This document shows, piece by piece, positions 57,521 to 64,000 of a stretch of 64,000 nucleotides of DNA. Made by a program: the position numbers and the translations under genes. The stretch lies in the NCBI GenBank assembly GCA_049320885.1, contig JBMORA010000022.1, positions 32,001 through 96,000 of the forward strand, written 5' to 3'. The first letter of the stretch is position 1, and the number at the start of each line of letters is the position of its first letter. This DNA comes from Thermodesulfobacteriota bacterium. GTDB lineage: Bacteria; Desulfobacterota; Desulfobacteria; Desulfobacterales; SURF-7. The notes under the pieces are model-generated. The model did no database searches, was not told the origin of the DNA, and saw nothing but the letters and a program-made list of their open reading frames with translations.

Positions 57521-58816
57521 CTACAGCCTGACCTTGATGGAATTGGCGTGGGCGCCCAGGCCTTCCACCCCTGCCAGGAGGATGATATCCCCGGCTTCCC
57601 TGCGGAAAGCCTCGGCTGAATAATGGATCAGGCTGGTCCGCTTGATGAAATGATCCACGGAAAGGGCCGAGGCGAATCGGGCCGTACCGGCGGTGGGCAG
57701 AACGTGATTGGGGCCGGCGATGTAGTCGCCCACCGGTTCCGGCGTATGGTGTCCCATGAAAACGGCGCCGGCGTTGCGGATTTGTCCCACGACCTCGAAG
57801 GGATGTTCCATGAGCAGTTCCAGATGTTCGGGAGCCGCCTGATTGGCCAGCTCGATGGCCGTGGCGAGATTCGGCACCAGAAAAATTCCGCCGTAGCGCG
57901 ACAGGGATTTTGACGCAATCTCTTTCCGTTCCAGGTTGTTCAACTGTCTGGATACGGCTGGAAGCGTGTTGTGGGCGATGGTTTCGGAATCCGTCAACAG
58001 GATGGCCGAGGCCAGCGGATCATGTTCCGCTTGGGACAACAGATCGGCGGCGATGAATTCGGGGTCGGCGGTGTGATCGGCGATGATCAGGATTTCGCTG
58101 GGCCCGGCGATCATATCGATGCCTACCGTTCCGGCCACCAATTTTTTGGCCAGGGTTACATAGATATTACCGGGACCGACGATGACATCCACTTTGCGGA
58201 CCGTCTCGGTGCCGTATGCCAGGGCCGCGATGGCCCAGGCGCTGCCGGCTTTGTATACCGTTTCGATGCCGACTTCGCAGGCCGCCACCAGCAGATGCGG
58301 GGAGATCTCGCCGGTCGCGGTGGGCGGGGTGGCCATGGCCATATGACGGACACCGGCGATTTTGGCCGGGATGCCGCCCATCAATACGGAAGACACCAAC
58401 GGGGTCTTGCCGCCCCGGGCTCCGGGGACATAGACTGCCGCAGCATCCACCGGATTCACCATCTGACCCAGAAACACCCCGGGGCGGTCGGTCAGAAAAC
58501 GGGAATAGCAGCGCTGCTGCCGGTGGAAAGCCTCGATCTGGTCCACGGCCCGGTTCAGTGCCTTCCTGAATGCCTTGTCGACTTTCTTGACGGCGGTTTT
58601 CATCTCCGCTTCGCTCACTTTCAGATCGTCCATGGTGAGGCCGGGGGCGTCGAAACGGTTGGTATATCGAAGGAGCGCGGCGTCGCCGTTTTTTTTCACA
58701 TCGGCAAGAATTCGCGCCACCGCCTGCATGTCTTTTTTGCGAAAGGCGATGTCCCTTCCGGCAACGGCGGCGATGCGTTTCTCGGCCTCCCGGGAAGGGT
58801 ATCGATAGATTTTCAT
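57521..58816 (-). CDS. hisD: histidinol dehydrogenase
   Basis: IVGPGNIYV, IDMIAGPSE, DLLSQAEHD, APEHLEL, GDYIAGPNHVLPT, EGLGAH; ATG 58816. Confidence 0.97.
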   Translation of the reverse strand: MKIYRYPSREAEKRIAAVAGRDIAFRKKDMQAVARILADVKKNGDAALLRYTNRFDAPGLTMDDLKVSEAEMKTAVKKVDKAFRKALNRAVDQIEAFHRQQRCYSRFLTDRPGVFLGQMVNPVDAAAVYVPGARGGKTPLVSSVLMGGIPAKIAGVRHMAMATPPTATGEISPHLLVAACEVGIETVYKAGSAWAIAALAYGTETVRKVDVIVGPGNIYVTLAKKLVAGTVGIDMIAGPSEILIIADHTADPEFIAADLLSQAEHDPLASAILLTDSETIAHNTLPAVSRQLNNLERKEIASKSLSRYGGIFLVPNLATAIELANQAAPEHLELLMEHPFEVVGQIRNAGAVFMGHHTPEPVGDYIAGPNHVLPTAGTARFASALSVDHFIKRTSLIHYSAEAFRREAGDIILLAGVEGLGAHANSIKVRL

Positions 58817-59100
58817 GGGGTGTCTCTCCATATTTGTCGACGAATGACCAGGTCATGCAGGCAGGATGCCGGCGTCTCGCCGGTTCCGGCCCCACGTTCC
58901 ACGGCGGCGGCATCCGAACATGCAGCCGTTACTGCTTGTATGTCAGCCCTGATGGTTTTGTCAATACGCGGCGAATGGGAGATCAACCGCATTCGCGCAA
59001 AATTGCGGTTGACTTTGGTCGATTGTTCTGTATTGATATCCGATTCTGGAGAATAGTCGGTTGTTGGTGGAATGACATATAGAAAAATGGAGGGAACCAA

Positions 59101-60192
59101 ATGAAATACGACAGAATTCACAATTTTAACGCCGGTCCGGCGGCGCTGCCGCTACCCGTACTCGAAGAGATTCAAGCCTCGTTCCTCAATTTCAAGGGGA
59201 GCGGCATGTCCATCACCGAGGTCAGCCATCGTTCCAAATGGTTCGATGATGTCATCAACGATGCGACGGCGCGCACCAGGCGGTTGCTCCACATCGGCGA
59301 CGAATTCCAGGTGCTGTTTCTCCAGGGCGGCGCGAGCCTCCAGTTTGCCATGGTTCCCATGAATCTTCTGACCCAGGGGGGGCAATCGGCCGACTATGTC
59401 AATACCGGCACCTGGTCCACCAAGGCGATCCAGGAGGCCAAAATCGTCGGGAAAAGCATTCAGGTGGTGGCGAGCTCCGAGGACCGCAATTTTTCCTATA
59501 TCCCCAAGAACATCGCTTTCCATGCCGACGCGGTGTATGCCCATATCACCTCCAACAACACCATCAAGGGCACCCAGTGGGCAAGGTTCCCGGATACGGG
59601 CAAGGTTCCGCTGGTGGCCGACATGTCCTCGGATTTCATGAGCCGGCCCATCGACATGAAGAAATTCGGCCTGATTTATGCCGGGGCCCAGAAGAATATC
59701 GGACCCGCCGGGGTGTGCATGGTGATCATCCGCAACGATCTGCTCCAGCTTTCGCCCAAGGAGTTGCCCACCATGCTCCGGTATACGATCCATGCGGACA
59801 AGAATTCCATGTACAATACGCCGCCTTGTTTTGCCGTCTACACGATCCAGCTGGTGATGAAATGGCTGGAGGAGACCGTGGGCGGCCTGGACAAGATGGC
59901 CGAACTCAACCGCAAAAAGGGCGACCTCCTGTACGGTTGCATCGATGGAAACGATTTCTACAAGGGTACGGCCGATCCGGACAGCCGATCCCTCATGAAT
60001 GTGACCTTCCGTCTGCCCAGCGAGGACCTGGAGAAAAAATTCGTGGCCGAAGCCGGAGCCGCCGGTCTCGGGGGATTGAAAGGCCATCGTTCCGTTGGCG
60101 GCTGCCGCGCGTCCATATACAACGCCACGGGCATCGAGGCGGTGGCGGCGCTGGTGGATTTCATGAAACAGTTCGCCGCCAAAAACGGCTGA
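59101..60192 (+). CDS. serC: phosphoserine aminotransferase
   Basis: NFNAGPAALP, SHRS, QGGASLQF, DMSS, YAGAQKNIGPAG, YNTPP, KGHRSVGG. Confidence 0.98.
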   Translation: MKYDRIHNFNAGPAALPLPVLEEIQASFLNFKGSGMSITEVSHRSKWFDDVINDATARTRRLLHIGDEFQVLFLQGGASLQFAMVPMNLLTQGGQSADYVNTGTWSTKAIQEAKIVGKSIQVVASSEDRNFSYIPKNIAFHADAVYAHITSNNTIKGTQWARFPDTGKVPLVADMSSDFMSRPIDMKKFGLIYAGAQKNIGPAGVCMVIIRNDLLQLSPKELPTMLRYTIHADKNSMYNTPPCFAVYTIQLVMKWLEETVGGLDKMAELNRKKGDLLYGCIDGNDFYKGTADPDSRSLMNVTFRLPSEDLEKKFVAEAGAAGLGGLKGHRSVGGCRASIYNATGIEAVAALVDFMKQFAAKNG

Positions 60193-60221
60193 TCCGCCAC
60201 CGGCCAGTCCATGCGCTGGTG

Positions 60222-60252
60222 AAAAGGCCGCCCGGAAAGGCGGCCTTTTTTT
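60222..60252 (+). terminator. intrinsic terminator of serC
   Basis: AAAAGGCCGCC-CGGAAA-GGCGGCCTTTTTTT. Confidence 0.88.
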
Positions 60253-60265
60253 ATCGATCACCGGC

Positions 60266-60295
60266 AAGGCTCAATAAGGCTCAATAAGGATCAAT
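60266..60295 (+). repeat. 10-bp direct repeat, 3 copies
   Basis: AAGGCTCAAT AAGGCTCAAT AAGGATCAAT. Confidence 0.8.
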
Positions 60296-60315
60296 GGGGT
60301 GGGGGAAGGAGGGGC

Positions 60316-61431
60316 ATGGTGAATCTGAAACCAATCATACCGGCATGCATCGCCTTGTTGATCGGCTGTTCGCAACCAGGTCAAGACCATCGTTCCTGGA
60401 CGGCTTTCTGGAATGAGGATGCGACCCGGATGGGCTTCAGGGACCCAGACGGTTCCACACGAATCGAACCCAGATATTCGGGTTTCACCACGGCCAGAAA
60501 ATTCGACGACATCGTGGCGGTCATGGAAGACCACGGGGATCGTCAGGAGGCCTACTACCTGACCAAATCCGGCGACATCATCGGCCGGGACACCATCTAT
60601 TTTGTGGATAACGGTCCGGATTGCGAAAGCGAAGGGTTTATCCGGTTCCGGGACCGGCGCACGGGGCTTGCCGGACTCTATGACGGCGCCGGCGGGATCG
60701 CCGTGCCGGCAGAATACAACGATATCACCAACGTCAGAAACGGAATGGCGGCGGCGCTGAAAGGCGCCCGGAAAAAGGCGCCGGGCGCCGGCCGGGAGGA
60801 CGAATGCGGGCATGTCATCTGGGAGGGCGGCAGGGAATACCTGATCGATACGCGGAATCGGGTGCTCGTCGACGGCTTCCCGTATGATCCGGGCCTGAAT
60901 TTTTATTCCCTGACCATCCGGAAGGAGCCGGCTCCGGAAAAGGACCGGCGGAGTTTTCGCGGGGTTGATGGCAACTACTATTCGTTCGTTGACTACAAAA
61001 AGGAATTCCAGGCCTGGCTGACGGCTGTCATGGGCGGTTCTTTTTCCAGGGAAACGCTCATGGAAAATTCCTGCAGGGACATTTATTTCTGGAAAGAGCC
61101 GGACGGTTGGGCAGCGGAATCAAGCAGGTCTTTCATCGATCTGAATTTTGAACTGATCCGAAGCAGACTGAGTGAATGGAACAAAGAAAACGCCGGCCAT
61201 TTCATCGCCATGGAGGGTCTGAACCCTTTCATTTTCAAAAGCGCCGAGTTCGATCCGTACTACAACAATTGCGGCGAGCCGAAAGACTGGCAATACCCGG
61301 TCATGAGTCTCGTCATCCAACACCAAACCGGCGGGGATTCGGCCCAGGATCAATTCGATTTTCTGCGGACGGAGAATGGCTATAAACTGATCAGCGTCGC
61401 TGTCAGGAATGTCACGCCGATCCCGCAGTGA
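60316..61431 (+). CDS. WG-repeat-containing lipoprotein
   Basis: Lipobox LLIG-C; GFRDPDGSTRIEPRY, SEGFIRF, GLYDGAGGIAVPAEY...NGMA WG-like repeats. Confidence 0.75.
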   Translation: MVNLKPIIPACIALLIGCSQPGQDHRSWTAFWNEDATRMGFRDPDGSTRIEPRYSGFTTARKFDDIVAVMEDHGDRQEAYYLTKSGDIIGRDTIYFVDNGPDCESEGFIRFRDRRTGLAGLYDGAGGIAVPAEYNDITNVRNGMAAALKGARKKAPGAGREDECGHVIWEGGREYLIDTRNRVLVDGFPYDPGLNFYSLTIRKEPAPEKDRRSFRGVDGNYYSFVDYKKEFQAWLTAVMGGSFSRETLMENSCRDIYFWKEPDGWAAESSRSFIDLNFELIRSRLSEWNKENAGHFIAMEGLNPFIFKSAEFDPYYNNCGEPKDWQYPVMSLVIQHQTGGDSAQDQFDFLRTENGYKLISVAVRNVTPIPQ

Positions 61432-61480
61432 ACCCGCCGGCTTGCCTTTTGCCGAACCAATGACAAGTGGACGATCGCTT

Positions 61481-62452
61481 TCAGCTTTCTTTTTCCGAGA
61501 GTCTTTCCAGCGCCAGGACAATGATGAAGCCGATCACGGCGAGTCCCACGGCGAGGTAGAATTCCCCGTTCAGCTCTCCCGGAAGGACGTTCCGGGTCAC
61601 CAGAACATGCTCCTTGCCCCGGATGATGACGCTTTGAACGGTTTCTTTCCACGGCCAGATTTTTTGCATGGAACCGGTCATCAGTCCGGTAAGGAAAGCC
61701 AGGGTTACCTTGTAATGGTTGTCCAGGAAGTAGTTGAGAACCCTTGAAAAACCGAGCAGCCCGATTCCGCAGCCCGTGCAAAAGACGATGATGATCAGGA
61801 AATTGTTCAGGAGAAACGGGTTTTTCAGGGCGCCGGTGATGAATTCGTATTTGCCCAGGATCAGCAGGATGAAGGCGCCGCTGATTCCGGGGAGAATCAT
61901 GGCGCAGATGGCGATCATGCCGGAAAGGAAAATGAACCAGAATGCTTCCGGCGTGGATACCGGTATCATGCTGACGATGAAATAGGCGGCTATGGTTCCG
62001 GACAGGAAACAGAAGGCGGAGCCGATGTCCCAGCCGTTCACTTTTTTCCCCACCACCAGGATGGAGGCGGCAATCAGGCCGAAGAACAGGCTCCAGGTGG
62101 GCACCGGATGGTGGTTCAACAGATGGTTCATGAGTCGGGCAAGGCTGATAATGGCAAGGCTGATGCCGGTCAACAGCGAGACCAGAAAGCGGATATGGAT
62201 TTCGGCAAGGGCGCCTTTAATATCCAATTTCATTAGTTTATTCAACATGCCCAGTCCGAAGGATTGAATGGCCTTCAGGAGCTGGCTGTAAATTCCGGTG
62301 ATCAGTGCAATGGTCCCGCCGGAGACACCGGGGATGATGTCCGCCGTGCCCATGCACAATCCCTTGAAGGCTATAAGAAACGCTTCTTTCACAGTGGATG
62401 GACCGGGACTGGCTTCAAAGGCCTGTTTCCAGGTGATGGCTGATGGCTTCAT
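61481..62452 (-). CDS. DUF368 membrane protein (undecaprenyl-phosphate translocase family)
   Basis: KGLCMGTADIIPGVSGGTIA, AMILPGISGA, WPW; ATG 62452. Confidence 0.92.
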   Translation of the reverse strand: MKPSAITWKQAFEASPGPSTVKEAFLIAFKGLCMGTADIIPGVSGGTIALITGIYSQLLKAIQSFGLGMLNKLMKLDIKGALAEIHIRFLVSLLTGISLAIISLARLMNHLLNHHPVPTWSLFFGLIAASILVVGKKVNGWDIGSAFCFLSGTIAAYFIVSMIPVSTPEAFWFIFLSGMIAICAMILPGISGAFILLILGKYEFITGALKNPFLLNNFLIIIVFCTGCGIGLLGFSRVLNYFLDNHYKVTLAFLTGLMTGSMQKIWPWKETVQSVIIRGKEHVLVTRNVLPGELNGEFYLAVGLAVIGFIIVLALERLSEKES

Positions 62453-62599
62453 TCGTATCCTTTTCTTTGGTTCTGTCGATCCGGACGCCCCTGAATTTCC
62501 GCGCACTTTTTCATAAACCACTTTGGGTGCGCCTGCAAGGTGAATCAAGACTCGCTGAGAAGCCCGGCAGTCCCGGCAATTCGGTATCCGTATGTCTGT

Positions 62600-63370
62600 T
62601 CATTCACCTCCCATCCGGCGCACGATAAAAAATTCATAGGCATACCAGTTCGAGTACATCCGGTGCATGGCGGGCTCCTGCGCGAGATGGTCCAGCACGG
62701 AGAGGGCCTCGGCATCGTCCGCGTACCGGATGCGCAGCTCCTCGATGCGGCCCTCCATCGGCGTGTAAAAGTCTTCCCACCAGGCCTCGTCCGGTAAGGT
62801 GAAGTGCCCGATCAGCGAAAAACCGGAATGGCCGATGGTCACAAGGACATCGGCGATCTTGCCCATGGTCGGGTAGTCGAGGTCAAAGCTTGCCCGCACC
62901 GCGGGCGGTGGATTTTCCTTGCGCCAGACCGCATCGGTGAAGGCGAGATAGCCGCCGGGGAGCAGGAGGCCGCGGCAGATCCGCAGGGCGTTTGCAATGC
63001 CGATGTTATAGAGCGCGCCCTCGGACCAGACGAGGTCAAAGCTCGCCGGCGGCAGACCGGGATCCGCCATGTCGCCGACCAGCGGTGAGACACGCTGCGA
63101 AAGCCCAAGCCCGGCCACCGTTGCCTTCAGCCGTTCGATGCTCGGGGCGTGGCTGTCGATGGCGACGATGGCGCCCGAGGTCAACTCGGCAAGGTGGATC
63201 GTCTGGCCGCCGACGCCGCAGCCGAGGTCCAGCACCGCGGGCGCTGGCGGCAGGTCGTGGCACAGGGCGAGCGCCTTGACAGCACAGGCGCGGTTGCCCG
63301 GGCCCTGCCTGGGGAGCGACTCATAGAGTTCGAAAAAAACCGGCCAGAAGCGTTTGTGAAGCTCATTCAT
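62600..63370 (-). CDS. class I SAM-dependent methyltransferase
   Basis: LPRQGPG, VLDLGCGVGGQT, GDM, FDLVWSEGA, LLPGGY. Confidence 0.9.
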   Translation of the reverse strand: MNELHKRFWPVFFELYESLPRQGPGNRACAVKALALCHDLPPAPAVLDLGCGVGGQTIHLAELTSGAIVAIDSHAPSIERLKATVAGLGLSQRVSPLVGDMADPGLPPASFDLVWSEGALYNIGIANALRICRGLLLPGGYLAFTDAVWRKENPPPAVRASFDLDYPTMGKIADVLVTIGHSGFSLIGHFTLPDEAWWEDFYTPMEGRIEELRIRYADDAEALSVLDHLAQEPAMHRMYSNWYAYEFFIVRRMGGE

Positions 63371-63482
63371 CTCATTTCTTCCTGTCCATGTCGGTCCTCA
63401 TCTGCCTGGTGATAACACCGATTGTCTACCATATTTGGAGAATTTTTGAAGGATGAATCTGGTATCAGACCATATTTCCCGA

Positions 63483-63510
63483 TCAAGTTTTCAGATGCCG
63501 CAGCCGATTG
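63483..63510 (+). promoter_or_regulatory. putative sigma-28 promoter
   Basis: TCAAGTTT-N12-GCCGATTG versus TAAAGTTT-N11-GCCGATAA. Confidence 0.55.
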
Positions 63511-63565
63511 TACATGAAGGCATGGTCTTTTATGGGTAACAGAAACACCATATTCGGTGACGTCA

Positions 63566-64000
63566 ATGAAAATCATCAGCTCCGATATCCGCCTGGAGGC
63601 CGATCACCAGTATCAGCGGGAGGAAGTCGTCGGCCTGGCCGATCGTCAGCGTTCTTCCAGTCTGCCTGCCGCCGGGCAACCAACGGCGGACAGGGTGACC
63701 TTATCCCGGGCTGCCAAAAACCACTATCAGTCCGAACAGGCTTTCGCCCTCTTCGCCCGGCAGCAGGTAGCCAATATACCGGAAAGGGAAAACCAGCGCG
63801 GGGACCCGGCGACGGGGCGACTGATCAAGGTCATGACCCAGGCCCTTTCCGGCCGGGAGGTGCGCATCAAGGAAACCATGTCCCGGACCGGGGTCGTTTC
63901 CGGGCCTGTCGCGGGTTCATCCCCGGCAACGGCAGGGGTGTCCGGTAATGGCGGGCAGGTTACCGTCCGTTTTTTCGAAGTCAGGACCTTGCTGGAGAAC
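63566..64000 (+). CDS. hypothetical protein, truncated at window end
   Basis: Manual translation MKIISSDIRLEADHQYQREE...DRVTLS...EVRTLLEN, 145 codons without stop; GGTGA RBS. Confidence 0.7.
   Translation, partial: MKIISSDIRLEADHQYQREEVVGLADRQRSSSLPAAGQPTADRVTLSRAAKNHYQSEQAFALFARQQVANIPERENQRGDPATGRLIKVMTQALSGREVRIKETMSRTGVVSGPVAGSSPATAGVSGNGGQVTVRFFEVRTLLEN

Noticed and set aside
200..60267. Many long antisense or alternate-frame ORFs (e.g. 200-1456+, 8009-9787-, 10154-12277-, 23875-25668+, 40241-41884-, 59152-60267-)
   Set aside because: Shadow ORFs of well-supported genes in GC-rich DNA; no recognisable motifs.
48737..60295. Short tandem repeats as CRISPR arrays
   Set aside because: Units of 7-15 bp without spacers and no cas genes.
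62600..63370. Methyltransferase as a mobile or horizontally inserted cassette
   Set aside because: Looks somewhat more GC-rich by eye, but no flanking repeats, integrase or transposase.
63508..63948. 146-aa + strand ORF in the track
   Set aside because: Start overlaps the sigma-28-like -10 element; the frame from 63566 has an RBS and more protein-like sequence.

Overview
GC-rich bacterial chromosome segment; gene content points to a sulfate-reducing Desulfobacterales-type deltaproteobacterium (inference). Left to right: (i) minus-strand housekeeping block (partial comF, icd, rlmB, gmk, remA-like, yicC, DUF4416, Trm112); (ii) a small Arg-rich peptide and an MscS-family channel; (iii) a TetR/FadR-controlled fatty-acid oxidation locus (acyl-CoA dehydrogenase, membrane Fe-S FadF/EMO-type oxidoreductase, etfBA) with three operator palindromes; (iv) a 12-gene chemosensory cluster with a two-Hpt CheA, two paralogous MCPs and two CheDs, one lacking the catalytic Cys; (v) an adjacent c-di-GMP cassette with two divergent HD-GYP phosphodiesterases, a SAM methyltransferase, an internally duplicated hypothetical protein and a tandem-PilZ/GNAT-like protein, which is the best candidate for an undescribed system; (vi) ygiQ, a DUF2807 gene, a flavoprotein and a conserved hypothetical; (vii) the dcw cluster mraZ to ftsZ, without ddl, plus a radical SAM gene; (viii) hisD, serC, a WG-repeat lipoprotein, DUF368, a methyltransferase and a truncated ORF behind a sigma-28-like promoter. 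No rRNA, tRNA, CRISPR, transposase or phage genes were recognised. All calls are by eye from motifs; no searches were run.
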